Source: a virus (Duplodnaviria > Caudoviricetes). From it: DNA of 62,501 bases. Both the position numbers and the translations under genes were made by a program. How positions within the stretch are numbered: the first letter of the stretch is position 1; each line of letters starts with the position of its first letter. This document shows, piece by piece, positions 7,952-18,719 of this stretch. The stretch is from IMG/VR virus record IMGVR_UViG_3300031772_000033, positions 1 to 62,501 of that record; one strand, written 5' to 3'. The notes under the pieces are model-generated. The model was not told where the DNA came from. It worked only from the letters and a program-made list of their open reading frames with translations, and searched no databases.

Positions 7952-10309
7952 ATGAAAAAACTACTTTTAATATTTTTGTTGTGTGTTTTCTCTGGGGTAT
8001 CTTTGGGTGCGGCGGACATTGCGGTTTCCAATCTCACGCATTTGCATACGCTTGGGGATTCGCTTCTGTTCGTTTCGTCTTATCGGACAAGTGCGGTTAA
8101 TTATACGAGACTGTTTTCTTATTGGGCCTTAAAACGTGCGCTCGCGGATACTGGGTTGACATATACAAAGAATAATAGTACGGGTTTACGTCTTGGACTT
8201 AATGTTATTAAGCGATGGCATTTAAATTCAAATGTTGTGGACGGAACTACTATGAGTTTAAATACCACTTCCAATGCAATTCAAATCAAGACGGACGGAA
8301 TAGACAGTACAAGAATGAAAGTTAATTCCATTCCTTCGGATAGGATTGTTGACAATTATCCGGGTGTTTATATTACGCCAACTTTTTATTGGAATTCAAC
8401 AAATGATACGGTAAAATGGGATGCGGGATATGTAATTCGAGGAACATTAACCACGGAAAGCAATAATTGGACAGCATATATAGCAGGTTCTCAGGCCGTG
8501 GGAGAGGCTGAATTGTTGGCAATGAATATAACAGACGGAACGATAGCTAAGAGAGCTTGGAATAGTGCAACCAATAAATATACACGAGGGAATAAATATA
8601 GAGTTCTTGCTTATCATTACGGCGGACTTCATACTATTGCGCAAGAATTAGATTCAAAGACATATCAAAGACATGCTGATTTATTCAATGCGGCATATCA
8701 TAAATATGAAAGTACCTATATTACACCAGTCTTTTATTGGAATTATAACTACACAAAAGTCTGCTGGCAGGCCGGAACCGTGATAAGAACAGGTGCGGAT
8801 TGGACGGCTTTCGGTGCGGATTCCGTAGCAATTGCAACATCTCAAATATTAGTGATGAATGACAGTAGTGCAACATTAGCGGTCTATGATTGGAACGGCG
8901 GATCAACGCCTTTTTTGAATTCAACCAGAAACAAACAAAAAGTGGTTGCATATGTTCTCGGTGGTAACCGATATATTGATCCGTCTTTGAATCATGATAT
9001 AGGAGATCAATATAATACTCATTATAATAGATATGAAAGCGTTTTTATTTCTCCGTCTTTTTATAGAACAGGACATACGGGAAATACAATTAAATGGGAT
9101 GATATATGGATTGTTGGTAAAGATCCTACGATTCACGCATGGACCAAAATTGATGCAGATGGAACCGGGATAACACTTTCGGCAGATTATACGCTTTTGG
9201 CGATTGATTTGTATGCTGGAACGGTAATTGTAAAACAATGGAACGCAGATACAACTCCCTATATTAGAGACCCAAGATATAGAGTTATCGCATTTCATAT
9301 TACATCAACAAATACGGTTATTGTGCCAGCCTATGAAAATCTTGATTGGCGGGAAAGCGTTGACGATGCTATCGAGGGATTAACGGCACTTACGGGTGGA
9401 CAATGGGACGGTGACTCATTAGTTTGGCTTGGTACGTCAATACCCGCCGGGGCGGATTATCCTTCAATAGTTTGTTCTAATGTAGGCGCGATACTTGTTA
9501 ATTTATCCCAAGGATCGTCTCACGTTAAAACACAATTGGATACATCCATAAAAAATTATTCCGGCGATTGGACGGCTTCACTTTCCCAATTATCCGAAAC
9601 CATTGCAGAGAAACAATTTGCCATAGATAGTTTTGCCGTTATCAGGCCATTATTACAAAATAATCCTCCTACCGTTTCGGCAATGGCGGCGGATTCGGGT
9701 GGTATTCAAACAACAATCAAGAATTGGAGTTATGAATATCTGATAAAATCTTACGTTGACACGGCAGATGCGGCTTTTATTTCAAAGGCTGACTTGATAG
9801 TATTCGATCATGGTTATAATGATGCGCCGGATTCAAGTGTTTATACCTTAGCGGAATTGATTAATTCAAGAGATTCGTGGAGAACGGGATACGCGGACTC
9901 AGTTGCGGCGAGTAGGAATCGAAAGAATTATATTTCGGCAATGAATTATATACTTGATAAAATTTACGAAAAAGACCCATATCAAAGGATATTACTAATA
10001 GGTCATTATTATAATTATGCAAATCAATGGTTAATTCCAACACAGGAAGAACTTGCGGAATATTGGCAAATACCGATCTGTTTAGTTCATAAAAAGATGA
10101 ATTTTACAGATCAAAAAGTTACCGGGAGTCAGGCCTTTTGGGCTATATCACCCTGGAGTCTTTATACTGCTGGACAGAATACCGGCGAAGACATGACACA
10201 GGAAAATGTTTATATACCGGATCGGGTTCATTTACATACAGATCCAAATTGCCGTGCGGATAGTTTGGTTGCGAAAGTAATAACATCATTTGTAAAAGAA
10301 GTTTTTTAA
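7952..10309 (+). CDS. Signal-peptide-bearing spike/fibre protein with C-terminal SGNH hydrolase
   Basis: MKKLLLIFLL signal; three (Y/F)I(T/S)P.FY repeats; WLGTSI, DHGYND and DRVH blocks. Confidence 0.75.
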   Translation: MKKLLLIFLLCVFSGVSLGAADIAVSNLTHLHTLGDSLLFVSSYRTSAVNYTRLFSYWALKRALADTGLTYTKNNSTGLRLGLNVIKRWHLNSNVVDGTTMSLNTTSNAIQIKTDGIDSTRMKVNSIPSDRIVDNYPGVYITPTFYWNSTNDTVKWDAGYVIRGTLTTESNNWTAYIAGSQAVGEAELLAMNITDGTIAKRAWNSATNKYTRGNKYRVLAYHYGGLHTIAQELDSKTYQRHADLFNAAYHKYESTYITPVFYWNYNYTKVCWQAGTVIRTGADWTAFGADSVAIATSQILVMNDSSATLAVYDWNGGSTPFLNSTRNKQKVVAYVLGGNRYIDPSLNHDIGDQYNTHYNRYESVFISPSFYRTGHTGNTIKWDDIWIVGKDPTIHAWTKIDADGTGITLSADYTLLAIDLYAGTVIVKQWNADTTPYIRDPRYRVIAFHITSTNTVIVPAYENLDWRESVDDAIEGLTALTGGQWDGDSLVWLGTSIPAGADYPSIVCSNVGAILVNLSQGSSHVKTQLDTSIKNYSGDWTASLSQLSETIAEKQFAIDSFAVIRPLLQNNPPTVSAMAADSGGIQTTIKNWSYEYLIKSYVDTADAAFISKADLIVFDHGYNDAPDSSVYTLAELINSRDSWRTGYADSVAASRNRKNYISAMNYILDKIYEKDPYQRILLIGHYYNYANQWLIPTQEELAEYWQIPICLVHKKMNFTDQKVTGSQAFWAISPWSLYTAGQNTGEDMTQENVYIPDRVHLHTDPNCRADSLVAKVITSFVKEVF

Positions 10310-10326
10310 TTTAATCGGAGGATAAA

Positions 10327-10791
10327 ATGAAATTCAAAAGTTTAATATTAATCCTGTTCTGCGTGGGGCTTTACGCGCAAGGCGTGCATCAAGACATCAA
10401 TGTTCTAACGCCCGAAGGCAGTTCAACATTCAGAATCAAGTATAATGCATCTGACACTTCGGCGGTTTACCATACCTATGAAATAATGAGCGCGCGGTTC
10501 TGGGTGGGCGATTCAATCGGCGGAGCGACTGATTCGGCATACGTTACTTTCATACTGCAAATTGGCCCTGGCGATAATGCTTCTGGAGTCATGGCCGGTT
10601 ATACGACCGTTGAATCGTGGGTAGTCTCAACCGATTCCACGTTTTCAACTCAAATGATTACAGACAATGCAATCCCGAATGGTTCGCATTTCAGGTATAT
10701 TTTAACTGGAAGTACAACCAACAGACAGGAATATTCGGGGTCATTGGCAAAGATTCTTCATATGAATTATGAAAGTGATCCGAGAAATTAG
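10327..10791 (+). CDS. Exported beta-rich protein
   Basis: Signal peptide ending LYA/Q; DSI, DSA, DST sequons. Confidence 0.75.
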   Translation: MKFKSLILILFCVGLYAQGVHQDINVLTPEGSSTFRIKYNASDTSAVYHTYEIMSARFWVGDSIGGATDSAYVTFILQIGPGDNASGVMAGYTTVESWVVSTDSTFSTQMITDNAIPNGSHFRYILTGSTTNRQEYSGSLAKILHMNYESDPRN

Positions 10792-10850
10792 AAAAATCAT
10801 TTTCTTTTAAAGAAAATGAAATTAAAATAAACAAAATCAATTTATAACAT

Positions 10851-10905
10851 AGAGGCGTTTAATGCCCGACCGTCCGCAAGGATGAATCGGGTTTATTTTT
10901 GGAGG
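10851..10905 (+). promoter_or_regulatory. Leader hairpin motif, copy 1
   Basis: AGAGGCG..GCCCGA..TCC-GCAA-GGATG..TCGGGT..GGAGG; similar to 57242-57301. Confidence 0.6.
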
Positions 10906-10909
10906 AAAT

Positions 10910-12727
10910 ATGAAAAAATTAATTATCTTTTTGACATTTCTGCCCTTGTTTATTTTCGCACAAGGGCCATTCGGACATGGTATCAATAAGGATTCGACTT
11001 GGGCAGTAGTCGGAGTGGATACGTTGGAACCATTAAATAATTCTACAATTTACATGCAACATTTCACGGTAGACACGGCGGTTGTGCAAAAGTACATTCA
11101 AGAAAAACGTATTACTCGGGTGGATTCGCTGACCAGATGGGTGCGGGATGGAGATACGTTGACGATTGACGCAAGTAAAGATTTACGTTTGCTTTCGTTA
11201 CGTGTTGGCGGAGTAATGAAATTCCAGGTGGATTCAGCGGGGAATTCCATGACTGCCGGAAAGGTTACAACCAATGACTCTCTTGCTAATGTCAAAGGAA
11301 TCCGTACCGAAGGTATTAGTTTACTTAAAGGTAAGGTAACTACGAATGATTCGCTTGCAAATATTAAAGGAATCAGGACAGAAGGGATCTCCTTACTGAA
11401 AGGCAAGGTCACGGCCTCGGATTCAATCGTGGTTACGAAAGGTATCCGTAATGAAGGTCCAAATCTTTTCAAAGGCAAAACAATTCAACGTGATACATTG
11501 CAAGTCAATTCTTTTGAAAATGTAGGTAATGCGAATGCAGGTGCACTTGTTTCTCCCATGACAGTTACTACTAATGCAATTGGTACAATGTCCACTACGG
11601 CGGCCACGGCAAATGCTTATGGATTGTCTTTACGTAATATGACGCCTGCAATTAATGGTACGCAACAGGACAGTCCTCCTATTAGATTCAGAGGATATGG
11701 TTATGGCACTACTGCAAGTACAAGTCAAAGTGGGGATTGGCGTATATATAATCAGATGACACAGAGTACAGTTCCAGCGAGTAAGTTGATGTTTGACTAT
11801 TCAGCAAATAGTGCAGCTTATGTAAATGTATTTAATGTAAGAAAAGATGGACTTATATATTCAGCTTCAGATATTACTACAATTGGAGCATTAACGAGTT
11901 ATCCTGTTGTATCTTCATCTTCAACTGATGGCATTGTGGGCTATTCAAGTGCAGCGGCTTCTGCGGGCGGCACTATTAGAATGTCTCCGCGTGTTCGTCT
12001 AACCGCTAACGTCTGGGATTCTACCGCAACCGCCGCAAGCAAGACGCAGAACTTTACCCAAGAAGTCATCCCTGTCTCCGGTGGCGGTGGCGGTGGAGTC
12101 CCCGCTCCTTCTGCTTCAACCGCAAGACTGCGTTGGAGTTTTGACCATAATGGGGGTGGGTATAGTGAGATTCTTGCGTTGACTGGCGATGGGCGACTGA
12201 TAAAGACGAATGGTGCAACCCTCAACAATACAGGGTATAAACTCACAACCGTAAACTCAATAAGCGGGTGCAATAAAACAACCGTGACCTTTACAGCTTA
12301 TAGTTTGGCAATCACAGACGCTGGAGCGAACGGGGCTCATGGTTCAGTTAAACTTATTGATTTCCCCGAAGGCCATATCAAACTGATCGGAGCGCACCAA
12401 GTCCTTACGCTTACAAGAGTAGGTACGGCAATTGACGCTGACGCTGTTTTCGACGCAGGCATAGGATCGATAACTGCTGGCGTGGATAATGAGGAACTGG
12501 CTGGCACGGAAACCGAGATAACCGGAGTTGAGGACGAGGCTGTTCTTGCTGCCGGAACTCTTACTTTTGATACGCTGAACGGCGTTGACCAACTACTTGA
12601 TGGATCAGGAACTTCATCGGATGCGTGGCTTAATGTTGCTGTGGCTGCCGCTGACTGTTCTGGTAACGATGCGTTTTTAGTTACCGGAACCGTGACGATT
12701 ACGTGGGTATTACTTGGAGACGATTAA
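10910..12727 (+). CDS. Signal-peptide-bearing fibre-like protein
   Basis: Signal ending IFA/Q; 24-aa repeats [18 protein letters not shown]; beta-rich C-terminal domains. Confidence 0.75.
   Translation: MKKLIIFLTFLPLFIFAQGPFGHGINKDSTWAVVGVDTLEPLNNSTIYMQHFTVDTAVVQKYIQEKRITRVDSLTRWVRDGDTLTIDASKDLRLLSLRVGGVMKFQVDSAGNSMTAGKVTTNDSLANVKGIRTEGISLLKGKVTTNDSLANIKGIRTEGISLLKGKVTASDSIVVTKGIRNEGPNLFKGKTIQRDTLQVNSFENVGNANAGALVSPMTVTTNAIGTMSTTAATANAYGLSLRNMTPAINGTQQDSPPIRFRGYGYGTTASTSQSGDWRIYNQMTQSTVPASKLMFDYSANSAAYVNVFNVRKDGLIYSASDITTIGALTSYPVVSSSSTDGIVGYSSAAASAGGTIRMSPRVRLTANVWDSTATAASKTQNFTQEVIPVSGGGGGGVPAPSASTARLRWSFDHNGGGYSEILALTGDGRLIKTNGATLNNTGYKLTTVNSISGCNKTTVTFTAYSLAITDAGANGAHGSVKLIDFPEGHIKLIGAHQVLTLTRVGTAIDADAVFDAGIGSITAGVDNEELAGTETEITGVEDEAVLAAGTLTFDTLNGVDQLLDGSGTSSDAWLNVAVAAADCSGNDAFLVTGTVTITWVLLGDD
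11258..11500 (+). repeat. 72-bp coding repeat (three copies plus a partial)
   Basis: Units start at 11258, 11330, 11402 and 11474; synonymous divergence between copies. Confidence 0.85.
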
Positions 12728-12728
12728 T

Positions 12729-13673
12729 ATGAAACGGTTCATATTTATAATCCTATTTCTGCCTGTTTTATTGCTTGGGCAGATGACCTCCGAATTCATC
12801 CCGATAAAAGGTTTATCTCATTGGGATGAACAAAGCGGGAAATGGTATATCGAATTTGATCGTTTTAAGTTGGCATATAAAATTCCAAGTATAAAAGTAT
12901 ATAACTTATCTAATATAGATACTACCGGAATTATTGAAAATAAAGAATATGGTTATAATAATATCCTCGATGATTGGAAACCGAAAGAAGTTTTTTCTGC
13001 GGGTGGAACAGGTCCTCCCGGTCCCCAGGGCGATCCGGGTGAACCGGGACCACAGGGCGAGCAAGGCATACAAGGTATCCCCGGAAACGACGGCGCACCG
13101 GGATCAAAAGGTGACACAGGGGAACAGGGAATTCAAGGCATTCAGGGCATACAGGGTCCACCGGGAGCGGACGGTAGTGTGGTTTTGGTCCTTTCCCTTA
13201 CGTCAAACGCTCCCACAAACAGTACCGCGACAGGCGTTGAGATTCTTGGGCTGAATAAAACCTTAACAGCCGGAACCTACGTCTTTAAATATTACATAAT
13301 TTACCAAGCAGGCGCCGCGACAACAGGAGTTCAGTTCGGAGTAAATTATACAGGCACAGCCAAGGCCTTCGTCGTCAATATGTCTTTTGCCGGAACGGGA
13401 ACTACTGCCTCTACGGGTGCGGCGTCTCAGGTTGCTTCGGGAGCCACAGGGAATGTCGGGGAAACCTTCGCCGCAAGAGCGGAAAGCACAACCGCGCCGA
13501 ATCTTGGGGCGACCGTGAGCGTGGACGCACTTGGCAGTAATATGTTAGCCATAATCGAAGGGGTCATGGTTGTGAGCGATGGCGGTGATTTGGAATTATG
13601 GCACGCCTCGGAAGTTGCGGCGGCCTCGACCGTGATGGCCGGAACATCTCTGATTCTTACAAAAACAAATTGA
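12729..13673 (+). CDS. Signal-peptide-bearing collagen-like fibre protein
   Basis: [18 protein letters not shown]; about 19 Gly-X-Y triplets; beta-sandwich-like C-terminus. Confidence 0.85.
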   Translation: MKRFIFIILFLPVLLLGQMTSEFIPIKGLSHWDEQSGKWYIEFDRFKLAYKIPSIKVYNLSNIDTTGIIENKEYGYNNILDDWKPKEVFSAGGTGPPGPQGDPGEPGPQGEQGIQGIPGNDGAPGSKGDTGEQGIQGIQGIQGPPGADGSVVLVLSLTSNAPTNSTATGVEILGLNKTLTAGTYVFKYYIIYQAGAATTGVQFGVNYTGTAKAFVVNMSFAGTGTTASTGAASQVASGATGNVGETFAARAESTTAPNLGATVSVDALGSNMLAIIEGVMVVSDGGDLELWHASEVAAASTVMAGTSLILTKTN

Positions 13674-13680
13674 GGACATT

Positions 13681-14064
13681 ATGAAAAGACTATTATTTTT
13701 ACTTTTTCCGTTTGCGCTTTTCGGACAAGGTCAAATAGAGGAACCGATTGAAGATCCTATACCGATAGTAAAGACACAACTCATTATTGATCACCAGAAT
13801 GTAATAATTGATGCGGTTCAGTATGTGGATGCAAAGTTGGTCTACGAATGCAATCCGATCATGATAAAGAATTGCGATAAGAAAAAATTCGTAACCAGAG
13901 TTGATGCGATCAAGACAACCGCTCAAAAGTTGACCGTGGAATACAGGGATCCAAGACTCGGAAAGATGTCTCAGGTGTTTCTCGGAGCCATGCCGGTGGT
14001 GACAGAAATAAAAGAAGACAATATTATTATGGATTCGGGCGAAAATATAATTATTTTAAAATAA
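13681..14064 (+). CDS. Exported hypothetical protein
   Basis: MKRLLFLLFPFALFG/Q signal. Confidence 0.7.
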   Translation: MKRLLFLLFPFALFGQGQIEEPIEDPIPIVKTQLIIDHQNVIIDAVQYVDAKLVYECNPIMIKNCDKKKFVTRVDAIKTTAQKLTVEYRDPRLGKMSQVFLGAMPVVTEIKEDNIIMDSGENIIILK

Positions 14065-14094
14065 TTTGAATATGGAAATTAACGGAGCCATACT

Positions 14095-14463
14095 ATGATG
14101 ATTGAAAAAAAAGAAGACGGAAACGGCGGAACCCATCTTTCCGCTCATCTTAAAAGAATCAAACCGGAATATATAGGACCTTTTGTTTCTTTGCTTGTGG
14201 CATTCTTTTCAATAGCTGGTTTTTTTATTGCGATTGGGATTAATAAGGCCACAAGAGATTCGGAAATTGAAACCCTGAAACAAAACTGCATTATCATTAA
14301 TCAAAGTATCGGGAAATTAGAAGAAGGACGTAGAGATAACCGGACGAAAATCGACACCCTGATTATACGTACAAGCGTTCTTTCTGTTCAAATGGGACAA
14401 TTAATAGATAATCAGTCTAAACAGTATAATCTTTTAATGGCACATATCATACCCAAGAATTAA
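14095..14463 (+). CDS. Single-TM coiled-coil protein (holin-like)
   Basis: One hydrophobic helix plus coiled coil at the end of the late operon. Confidence 0.5.
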   Translation: MMIEKKEDGNGGTHLSAHLKRIKPEYIGPFVSLLVAFFSIAGFFIAIGINKATRDSEIETLKQNCIIINQSIGKLEEGRRDNRTKIDTLIIRTSVLSVQMGQLIDNQSKQYNLLMAHIIPKN

Positions 14464-14486
14464 ATTCCATCTCCTCTCCTCCTCTC

Positions 14487-14518
14487 AACGGTCTGCAAAA
14501 TATCGCAGGCCGTTTTTT
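14487..14518 (+). terminator. Rho-independent terminator ending the late operon
   Basis: AACGGTCTGC/GCAGGCCGTT stem with T run. Confidence 0.85.
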
Positions 14519-14714
14519 ATGAACCGAAGTTGTCAAAGTTCTAAATATTAATCTTACAAATTAAGCCTTGATTTTCATTTATTAATTTATTAACTTCTTT
14601 TGCGCGGAATTCAAAGAAAAGCTCAAAAGAAATTAACGCAGGCATTCAAGGAATCAGGGCTTTTCCGATTCGCGCACTTGGATGCCTGTTTCATTTTATA
14701 GGAGGAAATTACTA

Positions 14715-15890
14715 ATGATAATTGACAAAGAATTTAAATCATTAATTTTCAGTTTATCAAAAGACGAACTTGCTATTTTGGAAGAAAATATTATAAAGGA
14801 TGGATGCAGAGATGCCCTTGTTGTTTGGAAAGAAGAAGATATTTTACTGGATGGACACAATAGATATGAAATATGTACAAAACATAAAATCGATTATAAA
14901 ATAAAAGCAATAAATTTGCCGAACCGAATGGCTGCCGCTGATTGGATAGATTCCAATCAACTCGGAAGGCGTAATTTATCGCCGGATATGATGAGATTAA
15001 TCCGGGGCCGATTGTATAATCGAATAAAAAAAGAACAAGGAGGAGATCATAAATCAAAGGATCAAATTGATACTTTGATAAATTCTGCCGATAAAATATC
15101 CAAACAGTATGGAATATCTTCGGCAACAATTAAACGCGATGCGAAATTTGCAAAAGAGGTGGAATCGGATTTAAATTTATTGAAAGCAATTCAGAAACGT
15201 ACCCCTATTAATAAAATTAAAAAGGAAATTAAAAAAGAACAGGACAAAAAAGAACTTAAACAGGCACAAGATAAAATCACAGATGAAATTCGAAAGGATA
15301 TTAAAAAAATATGTGATATACGACATTGTTCCATGAAGGATTTACTCGCAAGCGAAATAAAACCGGATTGTATTATTACCGATCCCCCTTATCCTAAAAA
15401 GTTTCTGGAACTCTACGGAGAACTTGCGGAATATTCCCGAAAAATTCCATTTGTTGCGGTTATGGTAGGACAGTCATATTTACCTGAAATACTTTCCGCA
15501 ATGTGCAAGCATTTAAAATACCGATGGACTCTTGCTTATTTAACCCCCGGGGGTCAAGCCGTTCAACAATGGGAAACAAAAATAAATGCCTTTTGGAAAC
15601 CCGTTTTATTATTCGGAGAATCAATTGACTGGATTGGTGATGTTTGCCGTTCAGACGTAAATGATAACGATAAAAGATTTCATGGATGGGGACAATCCGA
15701 AAGTGGTATGGCCGATTTAATTGAAAGATTAAGCAAGCCGGATCAATTAATATGCGATCCGTTTGTCGGCGGAGGAACTACGGCTTTAATTTCATTGCGT
15801 CTTGGACGAAGATTCGTCGGATGTGATATCGATGAAAATTCTTGTAAAAAAGCGATTCAGAGATGCGAGGTGGATTTTGCCGGAAGTTAA
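14715..15890 (+). CDS. ParB/Srx-like N-domain fused to N4/N6 DNA methyltransferase
   Basis: LLDGHNRY and NQLGRRNL; TDPPY; DPFVGGGTT. Confidence 0.85.
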   Translation: MIIDKEFKSLIFSLSKDELAILEENIIKDGCRDALVVWKEEDILLDGHNRYEICTKHKIDYKIKAINLPNRMAAADWIDSNQLGRRNLSPDMMRLIRGRLYNRIKKEQGGDHKSKDQIDTLINSADKISKQYGISSATIKRDAKFAKEVESDLNLLKAIQKRTPINKIKKEIKKEQDKKELKQAQDKITDEIRKDIKKICDIRHCSMKDLLASEIKPDCIITDPPYPKKFLELYGELAEYSRKIPFVAVMVGQSYLPEILSAMCKHLKYRWTLAYLTPGGQAVQQWETKINAFWKPVLLFGESIDWIGDVCRSDVNDNDKRFHGWGQSESGMADLIERLSKPDQLICDPFVGGGTTALISLRLGRRFVGCDIDENSCKKAIQRCEVDFAGS

Positions 15891-16302
15891 AAAGGAAATA
15901 ACCAGATGGAGGGATTTAGATTTTAATGATAGGCATAGATTATATGGGTTTGATTGCCCGGCACTTGATTTGGATTTTTTAGAATATGATAATAAAAAGG
16001 CAGTTGCCCTTATAGAATACAAAAACGAGAATGCACCAGAAATCAATCCGGTTGAATTGTCGGCCAATCTTTTAGCATTAATTGATTTAGGGAATAAAGC
16101 AAATATTCCAGTATTTTTTTGTAGATATTGGAAGGATTATTCTAAATTTAGAATTGTTCCATTAAATAATATTGCTAAGACAATATTATCGGCAAAACAA
16201 GAATTAACGGAATATGGATTTGTAAAATTTCTATATGAAATGAGAAATAGAGAAATTCCAGACGGATTATTCGATGACATGGGAAAACTTATTGTGAAAT
16301 AA
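15877..16302 (+). CDS. Putative PD-(D/E)xK-fold protein
   Basis: DLDFLEY...ALIEYK; TTG start after GAGGTGG (start uncertain). Confidence 0.5.
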   Translation: MPEVKKEITRWRDLDFNDRHRLYGFDCPALDLDFLEYDNKKAVALIEYKNENAPEINPVELSANLLALIDLGNKANIPVFFCRYWKDYSKFRIVPLNNIAKTILSAKQELTEYGFVKFLYEMRNREIPDGLFDDMGKLIVK

Positions 16303-16644
16303 AGTGCAATAACTTATTGTGAAAAAAGGTTTATTAAATAAGTCTTGACAATGATAAAATAAATCGCTTAATTGTTCTTGTATTCCGTGACACACAGGAG
16401 AACGAATGAACTCCACAAAAGACATTTTCAAATTAAAAGCAGACGCGGCTGGCCCTGCCGGTTCTCCCAGTGTCACGATTGGTTTGTTCCTGCTTGTCAG
16501 CCCGTCTGTATTCTTTCTCCCAAACCCCGGCCTCGGAAGGTCGGGCGTCAATTCCTCTTCACCCTCTTATACATCTCCCCCCGCTTGGGCTTGCTCCATG
16601 ATCCACACCGATGCGGGGGATGCGAATCATGCCGTGAGGCGATT

Positions 16645-16908
16645 ATGAAATACAAACAAAAAATGGGTTGTGTCTGGTTTACGGTCGGTGCGCAAGGGGG
16701 AGAATATCAACCTCCTTATGCGATATTTTATAAAAATCGTTGGTATCATACAAATCCCTCTAATTTATTGACAGATCAAGAAAGAACGATAATAAATACA
16801 CTTCCCAGGTTGGATTATGGGGTGATTCGTTGTATGGATTATCTTTCCAGGAACAATAAGCATTTTAATGATTTACCACCTTTTGATTTCAAACGGTTTA
16901 TAACATGA
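16645..16908 (+). CDS. Hypothetical protein
   Basis: ATG after GAGG; first ORF after the structured intergenic region. Confidence 0.5.
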   Translation: MKYKQKMGCVWFTVGAQGGEYQPPYAIFYKNRWYHTNPSNLLTDQERTIINTLPRLDYGVIRCMDYLSRNNKHFNDLPPFDFKRFIT

Positions 16909-17169
16909 ATTTACCTTCAGATATTGCCGGGCAGACGTTACCAATGAACACAAGGGACGTTCCCTCTTTGGAGGTATGGAAACACGCAGAGGCCATGACT
17001 GCCCGGTTAAATTTAAGCACCCCATCCGCGCCGGGACTTGGCGGTCAGACGCGGACGGGGCTGAGTACCCCTTCAAATATTTAGATGAAGAACTCAGCAA
17101 GAAACTGGCCGAAATACTTTGCATGAAATAATCTTTATTATAACCAATTATAAACCAGAGGAGAAAGCC

Positions 17170-17382
17170 ATGGACGATACAATGAAGTACAGAGCCTTAG
17201 CAAGCAAGGTGTTGGCGGTTGCGGTAGTGAGCGTCGATGGTTTACGGGTTTATGTCGATGCAGTTCCCGGCTATGACCACAAAGAGGAATGGGAGGCAGT
17301 AGCCCGGCACGGGGATAAGCAGTCAAAGGAAATTGCCAAGGCCATATTCCCGGAATATTCCGAACTACCTTATGTGCATTAA
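17170..17382 (+). CDS. Hypothetical protein
   Basis: GAGGAG RBS. Confidence 0.65.
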   Translation: MDDTMKYRALASKVLAVAVVSVDGLRVYVDAVPGYDHKEEWEAVARHGDKQSKEIAKAIFPEYSELPYVH

Positions 17383-17920
17383 AGAGGACTCCATGACTGA
17401 CGAACAAGAGAAATGGATTGAGATCTTCGCCCGTCCCGATCCGCAGACCGCCGAGGACATCCGGGAATACGTCAAGCGGTTTAACGCATGGTATTTTATC
17501 ATTCACATGGAGGTGTTCAATGCCTGAATATTTCAATAGAGAAAAAGACGAAGAACCGGAACGCTTTGTTCTGCGCGTTCGCGCCTATCTGGGAAAATGT
17601 CATCATTGCGGAATCTCTTGGTATTGGGGCGGCAATACATATCCGATTTCGGCCATTATCGACAAAGTAAAACTTTAATCCGCGAGGTGAGCTATGCCTG
17701 ACATCCAAACCATTTTCTGGAATTGCGATTGTTCCCTCAACGCAACGGAACATGACATCGAATTGGGCGACAATGTAATCATCTGCCTCGACTGCCTATC
17801 TCATAAACGGATTACGGAGGAAATCAAGGAGGAAATCAATCACCCGACAAATCCGATGGCCGAAGTCAACGAACAAATCTGCTTTTGTACGGAATAACAT
17901 CAAATCGAGGAGGAAGGACT

Positions 17921-18676
17921 ATGTGTCAACACAAATCAGCAATCTGGACGCGCAAGGGATTGTTATATTCCTTACGATGGGATTCACACGAAAAAATCAT
18001 CGAAGAAAATAAATTGAAAGACAATTCGATGAATCCTGATTTTGTGCGCATTGAATTCTTGCCGAAAAACGGGATTTGGGAAGATTACTTGAAACCGGAA
18101 AATTATCGAATCCAAATTGACCAAGATTTTAGGCCGGATTGGTTTTCGGTGGATGATCCCAAACTCAAAAAACAATGCGTCGAAATGATCAAAAAGGTAT
18201 GGGACGAAACCTTCATCATAGACAAGGAAGGATTAGAATTAAAAGACAAATTATTTTATATCAAAAACAGCAAAAGAATCGTGGCGTGGGGAAACAGTTC
18301 CGTCGTGGCGCGGGGAAACAGTTCCGTCGTGGCGTGGGGAAACAGTTCCGTCGTGGCGCGGGGAAACAGTTCCGTCGAGGCGTGGGAAAACAGTTCCGTC
18401 GTGGCGTGGGAAAACAGTTCCGTCGTGGCGCGGGGAAACAGTTCCGTCGAGGCGTGGGAAAACAGTTCCGTCGTGGCGTGGGAAAACAGTTCCGTCGTGG
18501 CGCGGGGAAACAGTTCCGTCGTGGCGTGGGAAAACAGTTCCGTCGAGGCGTGGGAAAACAGTTCCGTCATATTATATGATAACTCGAAAATCAAACAATT
18601 GAATGACAATGCAACATACTTGAAAGATAATATCAGATATGTTGTAAATATTAAAAATGTCAAAACACACAAATAA
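17921..18676 (+). CDS. Octapeptide-repeat (beta-helix-like) protein
   Basis: MCQHKS start; 12 x V(V/E)A(W/R)(G/E)NSS. Confidence 0.85.
   Translation: MCQHKSAIWTRKGLLYSLRWDSHEKIIEENKLKDNSMNPDFVRIEFLPKNGIWEDYLKPENYRIQIDQDFRPDWFSVDDPKLKKQCVEMIKKVWDETFIIDKEGLELKDKLFYIKNSKRIVAWGNSSVVARGNSSVVAWGNSSVVARGNSSVEAWENSSVVAWENSSVVARGNSSVEAWENSSVVAWENSSVVARGNSSVVAWENSSVEAWENSSVILYDNSKIKQLNDNATYLKDNIRYVVNIKNVKTHK
18278..18565 (+). repeat. 24-bp coding tandem repeat, 12 copies
   Basis: Unit GTCGWGGCGYGGGRAAACAGTTCC. Confidence 0.95.
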
Positions 18677-18719
18677 TCTAATTTGCGCGGCATAATACAC
18701 CAATCAAAGGAGGAAGACC

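Noticed and set aside
14715-15100. ParB-like domain as evidence of a plasmid-prophage partition system
   Set aside because: It is fused to a methyltransferase, a common phage architecture, and no ParA was seen
18278-18565. 24-bp repeats as a CRISPR array
   Set aside because: Units are contiguous with no unique spacers, stay in frame within an ORF, and there are no cas genes
18175-18693. Alternative-frame and antisense repeat ORFs (GKQFRRG, TELF)
   Set aside because: Stop-free by-products of the 24-bp repeat
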